Part shown: positions 36,476 to 45,609 of the stretch, in pieces
How the letters are laid out: the number at the start of each line of letters is the position of its first letter
Position numbering within the stretch: the stretch's first letter is position 1
Source of the DNA: an uncultured Eubacteriales bacterium
GTDB taxonomy: Bacteria > Bacillota > Clostridia > Christensenellales > Aristaeellaceae
Length of the DNA stretch: 64,000 bases
Assembly (NCBI GenBank): GCA_902764285.1
Contig: CACWVN010000022.1
Coordinates: 1,446 to 65,445, forward strand
Reading direction: 5' to 3'
Program-made: the position numbers and the translations under genes
The notes under the pieces: model-generated
Told to the model about the DNA's origin: nothing
What the model saw: the letters and a program-made list of their open reading frames with translations, nothing else
The model's database searches: none

Positions 36476-36518
36476 GAATAGAGCAGAGTAAGATGGTTGC
36501 CTTTACTCTGCTCTATTC
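36476..36518 (+). terminator. strong hairpin after the AT-rich module
   Basis: Perfect 16-bp stem GAATAGAGCAGAGTAA ... TTACTCTGCTCTATTC starting directly after the TAA stop. Confidence 0.55.
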
Positions 36519-36599
36519 TACACCACATTTCCACACCGCAACTCACTCAGGGACCCATCTTCGACGGTTTTTAAGAAAATTGGTGTAAATCTGGTGTAG
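36518..36599. repeat. GGTGTA(A/G) repeats, distal end
   Basis: CTACACC at 36518-36524, GGTGTAA at 36582-36588 and GGTGTAG at 36593-36599. The block TTGGTGTAAATCTGGTGTAGTA resembles the one near 19056. Confidence 0.5.
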
Positions 36600-36629
36600 T
36601 AACCGGCCTCTGCCAGTATCATTGTGCCT

Positions 36630-36656
36630 GAAAAGCCCCACACCGCAGGGCTTTTC
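36630..36656 (-). terminator. lysS terminator (element-derived side)
   Basis: GAAAAGCCC-N9-GGGCTTTTC located just downstream of the lysS stop. Confidence 0.55.
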
Positions 36657-36666
36657 GGCCTCCACA

Positions 36667-38133
36667 TCACTCCAGCGGTTTCATCGTCGGGAACAGCAGC
36701 ACGTCGCGGATGCTGTCGGAATTGGTCAGCAGCATCACGAGCCGGTCCACGCCGAAGCCCAGTCCGCCGGTGGGCGGCATGCCGTACTCGTAATCCACCT
36801 GGGCGCGGCTGGCGGGATCCAGCGCCTTGCGCTGGGCCACCTGCTTTTCGAAGCGGCCGCGCTGGTCCAGCGGGTCGTTCAGCTCCGAGAAGGCGTTGCC
36901 GAACTCGGTGGCGTTGATGAAGTACTCGAAGCGCTCGGTGAACATCGGGTCATCGCTCTTGCGCTTGGCCAGCGGGCTGATCTCCACCGGGTAATCGTAG
37001 ATGAAGGTGGGCTGGATCAGCTTTTCTTCCACAAAGGCGTCGAAGAACTCGGCCAGGATCGCGCCGCGGGTGGGCACCTCGGGCAGCTCCACGCCGTGGG
37101 CCTTGGCGGCGGCGATGGCGTCCTCGTCGCTCTTCCAGTCGGCAAAGTCCACGCCGCTGTACTTCTTCACGGCCTCCACCATGGTCAGCCGATCCCAGTG
37201 GCCGATGTCGATCTCGTGGCCCTGGTAGGGGATGACCAGCGATCCACAGACCTTCTGCGTCACGGCTTTCATCATGTCCTCCACCAGATCCATCATGCCG
37301 TGGAAATCGGTGTAGGCCTCGTAGAGCTCGATGGTGGTGAACTCGGGGTTGTGCTTGGTGTCCATGCCCTCGTTGCGGAAGATGCGGCCCACCTCGTACA
37401 CCCGGTCCAGGCCGCCCACGATCAGCCGCTTCAGGTAAAGCTCCGTCTCGATGCGCAGCACCATGTCCATGTCCAGCGTGTTGTGGTGGGTGTAGAAGGG
37501 CTTGGCGGCGGCGCCGATCTCAAACGGCGTCAGGATGGGCGTGTCCACCTCCAGATAGCCGCGGCCATCCAGGAAGGCGCGCAGTTCGCGCAGGATCCGG
37601 CTGCGCTTGACGAAGGTATCCTTCACCTCGGGGTTGACGATCAGGTCGACATAGCGCTGGCGGTAGCGGGTGTCGGTGTCGGTCAGACCGTGGAACTTCT
37701 CCGGCAGCGGGTGCAGGCTCTTGGTCAGCAGCTTCACCTCCGCGGCGTGCACGGAGATCTCGCCGGACTTGGTCTTGAACACCGTGCCGGCCACGCCGAT
37801 GATATCGCCGATGTCGAAATCCTTGAAATCGCGGTAGCTGTCCTCGCCCACGTCGTCCCGGCGGACGTAGATCTGGATCTGGCCGTCCGGATCCATCAGG
37901 TGGGCGAAGCTGGCCTTGCCCATCACGCGGCGGGAGAGCATGCGGCCCGCGATGCGCACAGCCTGTCCCTCCAGGGCGTCGTAATCGGAAATGATCGCGC
38001 CGGAGGTGTGGGTGCGGTCGTAGGTGGTGATCTCGTAGGGGTTGCGGCCCTGTTCGATGAGGGCGTTCAGCTTGTTCAGGCGGATCGCGTCCTGCTCGGT
38101 ATAGCCGGCGGGAGTCTGGTAGATCTGGGCCAT
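36667..38133 (-). CDS. lysS: lysine--tRNA ligase (class II)
   Basis: Full-length homology pattern including the FRNEGMDTKHNPEFTTIELY motif 2 region and YGMPPTGGLGFGVDRL motif 3. Confidence 0.9.
   Translation of the reverse strand: MAQIYQTPAGYTEQDAIRLNKLNALIEQGRNPYEITTYDRTHTSGAIISDYDALEGQAVRIAGRMLSRRVMGKASFAHLMDPDGQIQIYVRRDDVGEDSYRDFKDFDIGDIIGVAGTVFKTKSGEISVHAAEVKLLTKSLHPLPEKFHGLTDTDTRYRQRYVDLIVNPEVKDTFVKRSRILRELRAFLDGRGYLEVDTPILTPFEIGAAAKPFYTHHNTLDMDMVLRIETELYLKRLIVGGLDRVYEVGRIFRNEGMDTKHNPEFTTIELYEAYTDFHGMMDLVEDMMKAVTQKVCGSLVIPYQGHEIDIGHWDRLTMVEAVKKYSGVDFADWKSDEDAIAAAKAHGVELPEVPTRGAILAEFFDAFVEEKLIQPTFIYDYPVEISPLAKRKSDDPMFTERFEYFINATEFGNAFSELNDPLDQRGRFEKQVAQRKALDPASRAQVDYEYGMPPTGGLGFGVDRLVMLLTNSDSIRDVLLFPTMKPLE
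36676..36693. repeat. attR core (inside the current lysS 3' end)
   Basis: Identical 18-mer. lysS now ends ...FPTMKPLE-stop using element-derived sequence. Confidence 0.75.
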
Positions 38134-38164
38134 GTTATTCGTACTCCTCTCGATGGGGGATGGA

Positions 38165-38659
38165 TCAGCGCTTGCGGATGGACAGCACCTTCAGCCGGAT
38201 GATGCCGCCGGGGGTGTTGGCCTCGACGATCTGGCCCACGCGGGCGCCGGTGCCCTTGCCGTCGGTATCGCACAGCGCGATGCCGATGGGCGATTCGTTG
38301 CTGATGAACAGCTTGGCGGGATCGGCCTCGGTGAAGCCCACCATCGTGTATTCGTCCTCTTCATTGTATTCCATGTCCAGCACGCGCACCACGGTGCCCA
38401 GGGAGACGGTGCTGGTATCGGCCACGCTGTCGTCCACAAAGGTGGCGGTGCGCAGCTCGGCCTCGATGCGGGCGATGTTGCCGTAGACCTCGGCCTCCTT
38501 GGCCTTGGCGGCGTCATATTCGGCGTTCTCGCTGAGATCGCCGAAGCCGCGGGCGATCTGGATCTCCTCCGCGACGCGCTTTTTTTCCTCGTTCAGCTGT
38601 TCCAGCTGCTCTTCCAGCTTCTTCTTATCTGTAAAGGTGAGAATGCGACTTTCTGCCAT
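38165..38659 (-). CDS. greA: transcription elongation factor GreA
   Basis: Contains GDLSENAEYDAAKA and a C-terminal ISNESPIGIAL motif. A GGGAGG ribosome-binding site precedes the ATG at 38659. Confidence 0.9.
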   Translation of the reverse strand: MAESRILTFTDKKKLEEQLEQLNEEKKRVAEEIQIARGFGDLSENAEYDAAKAKEAEVYGNIARIEAELRTATFVDDSVADTSTVSLGTVVRVLDMEYNEEDEYTMVGFTEADPAKLFISNESPIGIALCDTDGKGTGARVGQIVEANTPGGIIRLKVLSIRKR

Positions 38660-38901
38660 GATGATAACCTCCCGGGTCATGTGTCCTGTTGACGCAATAT
38701 AGCCGAATAAAACAACACTGCGCCTTCAACGCACAGTGCCGGCTTATTCGGTCTGGGCTATTATACAACATCCCATGCCGGCTGTCAAGCCTCGCGGGCG
38801 AAGGTTGAGCGGAACGGGACAAATTCTAATTCATAATTAACCAAAGCGCCGGGGGAATGTGTTATAATAGAAAATGGATTTGTATGTACGGGGGATAATC
38901 G

Positions 38902-39504
38902 ATGTACGCGCACGTCAAGAGGATACTGGATTTCGCACTGTCGCTGCTGGCGATCATCGCGCTTTCGCCGCTGCTGCTGGTCATATCCGCGGCGGTGGCG
39001 CTGACGTCGCGCGGGCCGGTGCTGTTCTGCCAGAAGCGCGTGGGCCGGGGCAAGCGGCTGTTCACGATCTACAAATTCCGCACCATGCGCGTCGACGCCC
39101 CCAAGGACGCGCCCACCCACCTTTTGAAGGACCCGGCGGCGTACATCACGCCCGTCGGCCGGCTGCTGCGCGCCTCCAGCCTGGACGAGCTGCCCCAGCT
39201 GGTCAACATCCTGAAGGGCGAAATGTCCGTCGTGGGGCCGCGGCCCGCGCTGTGGAACCAGGACGACCTGATCGCCGCCCGGGACGCCGTGGGCGCCAAC
39301 GATGTGCGGCCGGGGCTGACCGGCTGGGCGCAGATCAACGGCCGGGACGAGCTGCCCATCCCCGTCAAGGCGCGGCTGGACGGCGAATACGTGCGGAAGA
39401 TGAGCTTCCTGTTCGACGCGCGCTGCGTGCTGGGCACGGTGTTGAAGGTGGCCCGGGCCGACGGCGTGGTCGAGGGCGCGCAGGAGGGCAAAGACCGTGA
39501 TTAA
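38902..39504 (+). CDS. bacterial sugar transferase (undecaprenyl-phosphate sugar phosphotransferase family)
   Basis: Contains KRILDFALSLLAIIALSPLLL, KFRTM, SLDELPQLVNILKGEMSVVGPRP motifs. Confidence 0.85.
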   Translation: MYAHVKRILDFALSLLAIIALSPLLLVISAAVALTSRGPVLFCQKRVGRGKRLFTIYKFRTMRVDAPKDAPTHLLKDPAAYITPVGRLLRASSLDELPQLVNILKGEMSVVGPRPALWNQDDLIAARDAVGANDVRPGLTGWAQINGRDELPIPVKARLDGEYVRKMSFLFDARCVLGTVLKVARADGVVEGAQEGKDRD

Positions 39505-40357
39505 CGTGCTGATCACCGGCGGCGGCGGATTCATCGCCGGGGCCGTCCGTTCGCGCCTGGAGGAATTCCCCGGCCGGTACCGCGTCGGCTGCGTCAGCCT
39601 GCGGGACGGCGCCTGGCGCGAAAAGGGCTTTTCCGGATGGGACTGCGTGGTGCACGCGGCGGGCATCGCCCACGTGAAGAACGACCCGGCGCTGGAGGGG
39701 GAATACCTGCGCGTGAACCGGGATCTGACGCTGGAAGTCGCCCGGCGGGCGAAGGCGGACGGCGCGCGGCAGTTCATCTTCCTCAGCAGCGTCATCGTCT
39801 ACGGCGATCCGCCGCCCGCGGGCGCGCGGTTCACGATCGGCCCCGATACCCCGCCCGCGCCGGCGAACGCCTACGGCCGCAGCAAGCTGGAGGCGGAGGA
39901 GGGCCTGCGGGCGCTGGCGGATGAGGGCTTCCGCGCGGCCGCGCTGCGGCTGCCGATGGTGTTCGGCCGGGGCTGCAAGGGCAATTACAACGCGCTGGCG
40001 GCGCTGGCGCGGAAATCGCCGGTGTTCCCGCGGTTTGAAAACCGGCGCGGCGTGCTGTACGTGGAGAACCTGGCCGAGTACATCCGCCGGATCATCGACG
40101 CCGGCGAGGGCGGGCTGTTCTTCCCGCAGGACGAGATCGTCTCCACGGCGCAGCTGGCGGCGCAGATCGCCCGCGCCCACGGGCGGCGGCTGTCGCTGCT
40201 GCGGGCGCTGAACCCGGCGGTGCGGCTGCTGGGGCGGCGGGGCATGGTCCGGCGCGCCTTCGGCGATATGGCCGCGGACCCGGCGCTGGCGGCCCGGTTC
40301 GAAAAATGGCGCCGGTATGATTTTGAAGCATCAATCCGCAGGACGGAAATAGAATAG
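39497..40357 (+). CDS. NAD-dependent epimerase/dehydratase family protein
   Basis: GTG start overlapping the upstream gene. Contains a VLITGGGGFIAG Rossmann motif and YGRSK catalytic residues. Confidence 0.8.
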   Translation: MINVLITGGGGFIAGAVRSRLEEFPGRYRVGCVSLRDGAWREKGFSGWDCVVHAAGIAHVKNDPALEGEYLRVNRDLTLEVARRAKADGARQFIFLSSVIVYGDPPPAGARFTIGPDTPPAPANAYGRSKLEAEEGLRALADEGFRAAALRLPMVFGRGCKGNYNALAALARKSPVFPRFENRRGVLYVENLAEYIRRIIDAGEGGLFFPQDEIVSTAQLAAQIARAHGRRLSLLRALNPAVRLLGRRGMVRRAFGDMAADPALAARFEKWRRYDFEASIRRTEIE

Positions 40358-40390
40358 CAGCACGATCCATCGTGCAAGGGGGAGTTTGCC

Positions 40391-41254
40391 ATGAACATCA
40401 TCGAAATCTTGAAGGCCGTACTGTTCGGCATCGTGGAGGGCATCGCCGAATGGCTGCCCATCAGCAGCACCGGCCATATGATCATCCTGAACGAGATCAT
40501 GCCGCTGAAGGTGTCCGATGCCTTCTACAGCCTGTTCGAGGTCGTCATCCAGCTGGGCGCCATCGTGGCGGTGATCTGGGTGTTCTGGGACAGGATCTGG
40601 CCCTTCGGGAAGAAGGACAACCGCTTCCCCGCGGCGAAGGACGGCCCGCTTGCGTGGGTGAAGATGGATAAGATCCGGCTGTGGCTGAAGGTCGTGGTGG
40701 CCTGCGTGCCCGCGGCCGTGGTGGGCGTGCTGTTCGACGACGTGTTCGACCGGCTGTTCCACAACTACGTGTGCGTGGCCGTGGCGCTGATCCTGTTCGG
40801 CGTGGCCTTCATACTGGTGGAAAACTACCGCCGGGGCCGCAAATCGAAGATCCGCAGCCTGGACGCGCTGGATTACCGCACCGCAGCGCTGATCGGCGTG
40901 TTCCAGCTGATCGCCGCTGTCTTCCCGGGCACGTCCCGCTCCGGCGCCACCATCGTCGGCGCGCTGCTGCTGGGCGTCTCCCGGCGCACGTCGGTGCAGT
41001 TCACGTTCATACTGGCCATCCCGGTGATGCTGGGCGCCAGCCTGCTGAAGCTGGTGAAATACGGCGCGCCGATCTCCGGCGGGGAATGGGCGATCCTGAT
41101 CGCCGGCATGGTCACGGCCTGCGCGGTGTCGCTGCTGGTGATCCGCAGGCTGCTGAACTACGTGCGCCGGCACAGCTTTAAGCCGTTCGGCTGGTACCGC
41201 ATCGCCCTGGGCGTCGTGGTGCTGGCGTTCTTCCTCATCCGCGCGGCGGTTTGA
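40391..41254 (+). CDS. uppP: undecaprenyl-diphosphate phosphatase
   Basis: Contains GIVEGIAEWLPISSTGH and PGTSRSGATI signature motifs in a polytopic membrane protein. Confidence 0.9.
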   Translation: MNIIEILKAVLFGIVEGIAEWLPISSTGHMIILNEIMPLKVSDAFYSLFEVVIQLGAIVAVIWVFWDRIWPFGKKDNRFPAAKDGPLAWVKMDKIRLWLKVVVACVPAAVVGVLFDDVFDRLFHNYVCVAVALILFGVAFILVENYRRGRKSKIRSLDALDYRTAALIGVFQLIAAVFPGTSRSGATIVGALLLGVSRRTSVQFTFILAIPVMLGASLLKLVKYGAPISGGEWAILIAGMVTACAVSLLVIRRLLNYVRRHSFKPFGWYRIALGVVVLAFFLIRAAV

Positions 41255-41265
41255 CGGCAGACGGG

Positions 41266-41302
41266 AAGCGGGAAACGGGGCGTCCCTCCGTTTCCCGCTT
41301 CA
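41266..41302 (+). terminator. terminator after uppP
   Basis: 14-bp stem GAAGCGGGAAACGG-N9-CCGTTTCCCGCTTC. Confidence 0.5.
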
Positions 41303-41331
41303 TGCTTTGATCAGGTACGGGAGGTGTTTCC

Positions 41332-44300
41332 ATGCCCCGTTGGACGGACGAACAGCTGCGGGCCATCCAGGCGCGCGGGCGGAACATCCTGCTCAGCGCC
41401 GCGGCGGGCTCGGGCAAGACCACCGTGCTGGTGGAGCGCGTGCTGCGGCTGATCGTCGAAGACGGCGCGGACGTGGACCGCATGCTGGTGGTCACGTTCA
41501 CCCGCGCGGCGGCCTCCGACATGCGCGCCAAGCTGACGCGGGAATTGAACGCCCGGGCCGCGGCGGGCGACGGGCGCTGCCGGGAGCAGCTGTTGAAGCT
41601 GGACCGCGCCGCTATCTGCACGCTGCACGCCTTCTGCGCCGACTATCTGCGGGCGAATTTCGAGACCGCGGGCGTGGACCCGGCCTTCCGCATACTGGAC
41701 GACGCGGTGGTGGCCCGCCTGCGGGACGAAGCGCTGGACGGCGCGCTGGAGGAGGCCTACGCCGCCGGAGGCGAGGCGCTGCTGGCGCTGGATTACGGCC
41801 GCGGGCCCTCCGGCGTGCGCGCGGCGGCGGAGCAGCTGTTTTTGCGCATGGAGGACCGCCCCGATCCCGAGGACGCCCGGCGGGCGATCGGCACGGCGCT
41901 GGTGCAGTTGAAGCAGGCGGCGTCGCTGCCCGGCTGCCCGCCCCACTATGAAGCGGCCATCCTGAAGGACGTCGCGGCGCTGGAGGCCATGCGGCGCCTG
42001 TCCGATTACGACGAATTGTACCGCGCGCTGGCGGATTACAGCCCGGCCCGGGCCTCGGGCGGGAAGAAGAACGCCGCCACGGACGAGGAAGCGCTGGAGA
42101 CGGTGAAGCGCCTGCGGGAGGCCGCGAAGCGGGCGATGGAATCGGTGGCGCTGAAGCAGCTGCCGCTGCCGCTGGCCCGGCAGGACGCCGCGGCGCTGTC
42201 GGAACAGCTGCGGGTGCTGGCGGACATCGCGCAGCGGGCTGCGGCGCTGTTCGAGGCGGGCAAGGCCGAGCAGTCCGGGCTGACGTACGCCGATCTGGAG
42301 CACCGCACGCTGCGGGCGCTGTCGGACCCCGACGCGGTGCGGGACGTGCGCGGCCGCTTTGATTACGTGTTCGTGGACGAGTACCAGGACACCTCCGACA
42401 TCCAGGAGGCGCTGGTGCGCGCCTTCAGCCGGGCGGATAACCTGTTCATGGTGGGCGATGTCAAGCAGTCCATCTATCGCTTCCGCTTGGCCGAGCCGCG
42501 GCTGTTCCTGGAGAAGTACGCCGCCTACGGGCGCGGCGAGGGCGGCCTGCTGCTGCCGCTGACGCGCAGCTTCCGTTCGAACGGAGAGATACTGGATTTC
42601 GTGAACCTGGTGTTCCAGCGGGCCATGACCGGCGGCGATTCGGAGATCCTCTACGACGACATGGCGCGGCTGAACCCCGGGCTGGAGCCGGCGGGGCCGG
42701 AGGGCCCGGCGGTTTTCATCGACCTGATCGATTCCGACGCGGCGCCCGACCCGGAGGCGGAGGACGACGAGGGAGAAGAGGACGTCGCCCAGCTGCAGGC
42801 CGTGGAGCGCGAGGGCGTGCGGATCGCCCGGACCATCCGCCGCATGATGGCGGAGGATGCTTCGCTGCGGTATCGGGATTTCGCCATACTCACGCGCAGC
42901 AAGGCCGCGCCCTTCGCCGCCATGATGCCGGTGATGCTGGCCCACGGCATCCCCGCCTACGCCGACGGACAGGCGGGCTATTTCGATTCCATGGAGATCC
43001 GCTGGCTGACGGCCATGCTGCGCCTGGTGGCCAACCGCCGCAGCGACGTGGAGCTGATCGGCATGCTGCATTCCGCGGCGGTGGGGCTTTCGGCGGAGGA
43101 GCTGGCCCGGGTGCGCGCCGCCTGCCGCGAAGGCGCCTACGCGGACGCCGCGGCGGCCTATGCCGAATCCGAAGGCGATGCGATCGCCGCGCGGCTGCGG
43201 GCGTTCTTCGAGCAGCTGTCGCTGTGGCGGCTGAAATCCGGCAGCGTGGCCCTGGGCGAGCTCGTGCGCCTGATCCTGGACGAGAGCGGCTTTTACGCCT
43301 ATGCCGGGGCGCTGCCCGGCGGCGCGCAGCGGCAGGCGAACCTGGACCGGTTCGTCTCCATCGCCGGCGGCTTCGACGCCGATTATTCCGGGTCGCTGAC
43401 CCGCTTTTTGCAGTACGTGGAGCACCTGCGCGAGAAGGGCGACGGCGACGCCGCGCACCTGCTGGGCGAGAACGACGACGTGGTGCGCATGATGTCCGTG
43501 CACAAGAGCAAGGGGCTGGAGTTCAAGGTGGTGTTCGGCGCGCAGCTGGCGAAGCGCTACCGGGTGGAAAAGAAGAGCGCGCCGCTGGTGACACACCGCG
43601 ACCTGGGCGCGGGCATGAGCTACGTGGACCCCGAACTGCGCACCCGCCGGGTGACGCTGCCCCAGGCGGCCATCATGGCCCGCCAGCGGCGCGAGGACGC
43701 CGCCGAGGAGCTGCGCATCCTCTACGTGATGCTGACCCGCGCCCGGGAAAAGCTGGTGCTGGTGGGCACGGTGCGCGACGCGGACCGCGCCATGAAGCGC
43801 TGGCAGGCGCTGTCCGCCGCGCCGTTCGCCGCGTCCAGCCACCTGGACGTGGTCATGGCGGCCCGCTGCGCCGCCGAGGCCGAGGGCCTGCCGCTGCATT
43901 CCGTCATGCAGGTCATCCCGGCGGAGTCGGTGCGGCCCGCCGCGGACGCGGGCACGGAACCCGCGCGGGCGGCCTTTGAGCGCATCATGGCCGATCCGGC
44001 GGCCAGCGCTAACCCCGACTTGGAGCGGCAGATGACCTGGGAATACCCCGACCCGCTGGCCTGCGACGCGCCGCTGAAGCTGACGGCGTCCGGGCTGCTG
44101 CGGGAATTGGAGGGCCCGGGCGAGATCCCGCCGCTGCTGGAGCGGCCGCAGTTTATGATGGAAGACGCGCGGCGCATGACCGGCGCGGAGCGCGGCACGG
44201 CCTATCACCGGGCGATGCAGCTGTTGGACTTCTCGGCGCTGGACGGGCTGTTCGGCGCGGCGCTTATTGCCGCGGTGGGCCGTCAGCTGGACGCCGCGGC

Positions 44301-44712
44301 GGACCGGCGGCTGATGTCGGACGCCCAGCGGGACGCCGTACAGCCCGGGATGCTGGCCCGGTTCCTGGAGAGCGAGACCGGGCTTCGGCTGCGGCGCGCG
44401 GAGACGGTGCGCCGGGAATGGCCGTTCAACGTGATGCTGCGGGTCTCGGAGGCGCTGACGCCCGGGGAAGCCGGGCGGTTCGGCGGCGGGGAGATCCTGG
44501 TGCAGGGCACCATCGACTGCTGCTTCATCGAGGGCGGCGAATGGGTGCTGCTGGATTACAAGACCGACCGCACCGACGACCCGGACGCCCTGCGCGCCCA
44601 TTACGAAAAGCAGCTGCACGTGTACGCGCTGGCGCTGGAGCGCATCACCGGCCTCCGGGTGAAGCAGCGGCTGCTGTGCCTGCTGGGCAGCGGGGGAATT
44701 CTGGAGGTATAA
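41332..44712 (+). CDS. UvrD/AddA-family helicase with a C-terminal PD-(D/E)XK nuclease domain
   Basis: Walker A AAAGSGKTTVL, the VDEYQDTS motif, and a C-terminal GTIDCCF...LLDYKTD nuclease motif, in a 1126-aa protein. Confidence 0.8.
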   Translation: MPRWTDEQLRAIQARGRNILLSAAAGSGKTTVLVERVLRLIVEDGADVDRMLVVTFTRAAASDMRAKLTRELNARAAAGDGRCREQLLKLDRAAICTLHAFCADYLRANFETAGVDPAFRILDDAVVARLRDEALDGALEEAYAAGGEALLALDYGRGPSGVRAAAEQLFLRMEDRPDPEDARRAIGTALVQLKQAASLPGCPPHYEAAILKDVAALEAMRRLSDYDELYRALADYSPARASGGKKNAATDEEALETVKRLREAAKRAMESVALKQLPLPLARQDAAALSEQLRVLADIAQRAAALFEAGKAEQSGLTYADLEHRTLRALSDPDAVRDVRGRFDYVFVDEYQDTSDIQEALVRAFSRADNLFMVGDVKQSIYRFRLAEPRLFLEKYAAYGRGEGGLLLPLTRSFRSNGEILDFVNLVFQRAMTGGDSEILYDDMARLNPGLEPAGPEGPAVFIDLIDSDAAPDPEAEDDEGEEDVAQLQAVEREGVRIARTIRRMMAEDASLRYRDFAILTRSKAAPFAAMMPVMLAHGIPAYADGQAGYFDSMEIRWLTAMLRLVANRRSDVELIGMLHSAAVGLSAEELARVRAACREGAYADAAAAYAESEGDAIAARLRAFFEQLSLWRLKSGSVALGELVRLILDESGFYAYAGALPGGAQRQANLDRFVSIAGGFDADYSGSLTRFLQYVEHLREKGDGDAAHLLGENDDVVRMMSVHKSKGLEFKVVFGAQLAKRYRVEKKSAPLVTHRDLGAGMSYVDPELRTRRVTLPQAAIMARQRREDAAEELRILYVMLTRAREKLVLVGTVRDADRAMKRWQALSAAPFAASSHLDVVMAARCAAEAEGLPLHSVMQVIPAESVRPAADAGTEPARAAFERIMADPAASANPDLERQMTWEYPDPLACDAPLKLTASGLLRELEGPGEIPPLLERPQFMMEDARRMTGAERGTAYHRAMQLLDFSALDGLFGAALIAAVGRQLDAAADRRLMSDAQRDAVQPGMLARFLESETGLRLRRAETVRREWPFNVMLRVSEALTPGEAGRFGGGEILVQGTIDCCFIEGGEWVLLDYKTDRTDDPDALRAHYEKQLHVYALALERITGLRVKQRLLCLLGSGGILEV

Positions 44713-44715
44713 AAA

Positions 44716-44740
44716 GGGGAACCGCCCGGAGGCGGTTCCC
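44716..44740. terminator. bidirectional hairpin between convergent genes
   Basis: GGGAACCGCC-CGGA-GGCGGTTCCC. Confidence 0.55.
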
Positions 44741-44745
44741 TTCGT

Positions 44746-45609
44746 TTATTGCCCGATTTCCGTCTGGATGACCTCCAGCCCCACGTCCCGGGAGGCGGTG
44801 CCCGGGCCCTTGAAGGTCGCCAGTTCGCCCTCCCAGCCCCGTATGGCGTACAGCCCGCCGTACAGCGGCTCTTCGTATAGGTAGGCGTGATAATCCTGCC
44901 CGTTTCGCCGCAGGTTCACGGTGATGACCCCGCCCGCGGCGGGCAGGTCGGCGGCGCCGTTGTCCTTCAGCGGGTCGGAGAAGCGGTACAGGAAGCCGGT
45001 GACCTCGTAGCCCCTGCCGCGCAGCTCCTCCAGGAGGTCGCAGCCGCAGTAGAAGCCGCAGACCGCCGCCTCGTCGATGGGCGCGGCGGCGATCTGTTTG
45101 AGCTGCCCGCCGTCCACGCACAGGAAGCAGTAGTCCAGGTCGTTCTTTCCCGCCAGCCCGTACAGCGCGCCGTGCTCGGCGCCCAGGTCGATCAGCCCGC
45201 CGGTGTCCAGCTCGACCACGCGGTCCTCCGGCGTGACGATCCAGGCGTTCAGCCGGCTCGCGCCGCCGGGCATGGTGCGGCTGGCGAAGATATCGTATTC
45301 ACGCTGCGTGGTGAAGAAATGCCAGTTGAGTATGGCCTTCGAACGGCCCAGGAGCACGCCCTCGGCGCTCACGTACCAGGCCGCGCCGGCGCGCGTCACA
45401 TAGTCCGGGTTCCAGCCGGTGACGTACACCACCCACGCGCCGTAGGAATCGGCGGAGGGATAAAGGAAGAAATCCTCCGCGTCCTTCGCGTCCGGATCGG
45501 CCTCCAGCACCACCTGCTTATCCCGAACCGCGGTGGTTCCCGGCGCGGCGGAAGCCGCCAGCAGCGCCATGGCCAGCAGCGCGACGGCCAGGATTTTCCC
45601 AATGTGCAT
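44746..45609 (-). CDS. secreted hypothetical protein (paralog of 27719-28666)
   Basis: AGGAGG ribosome-binding site and signal peptide MHIGKILAVALLAMALLAASAAP. Collinear similarity with the mobile-element copy. Confidence 0.6.
   Translation of the reverse strand: MHIGKILAVALLAMALLAASAAPGTTAVRDKQVVLEADPDAKDAEDFFLYPSADSYGAWVVYVTGWNPDYVTRAGAAWYVSAEGVLLGRSKAILNWHFFTTQREYDIFASRTMPGGASRLNAWIVTPEDRVVELDTGGLIDLGAEHGALYGLAGKNDLDYCFLCVDGGQLKQIAAAPIDEAAVCGFYCGCDLLEELRGRGYEVTGFLYRFSDPLKDNGAADLPAAGGVITVNLRRNGQDYHAYLYEEPLYGGLYAIRGWEGELATFKGPGTASRDVGLEVIQTEIGQ

Larger units (their letters stand above)
18922..36693. mobile_element. integrative mobilizable element (~17.8 kb) inserted in the 3' end of lysS
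   Basis: Bounded by the 18-bp direct repeat CGGTTTCATCGTCGGGAA. Carries a tyrosine integrase, Xis-like protein, MobV relaxase, DUF3987 protein and cargo modules. Its composition differs from the core to the right. Confidence 0.8.

Noticed and set aside
36667-38133. lysS possibly damaged by the integration, or internally shortened (the ALDPASRAQVDYEYGMPP segment seems a few residues shorter than typical).
   Set aside because: The reading frame is continuous and all class II motifs are present. The element supplies an in-frame C-terminal end, so this is probably natural variation.
41311-44619. Very long antisense ORFs in the GC-rich region. Examples: 41311-44619(-), 36622-38202(+), 16455-18035(-), 48075-50621(+), 53503-55812(-), 58745-60970(-), 60964-62871(-), 9658-10866(-), 38785-39795(-), 40331-41173(-), 56451-58199(+ upstream part).
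   Set aside because: They lie opposite or out of frame to genes with clear family signatures. Their translations are Arg/Gly/Pro/His-rich and low-complexity, as expected for shadow ORFs in high-GC DNA. They lack ribosome-binding sites.
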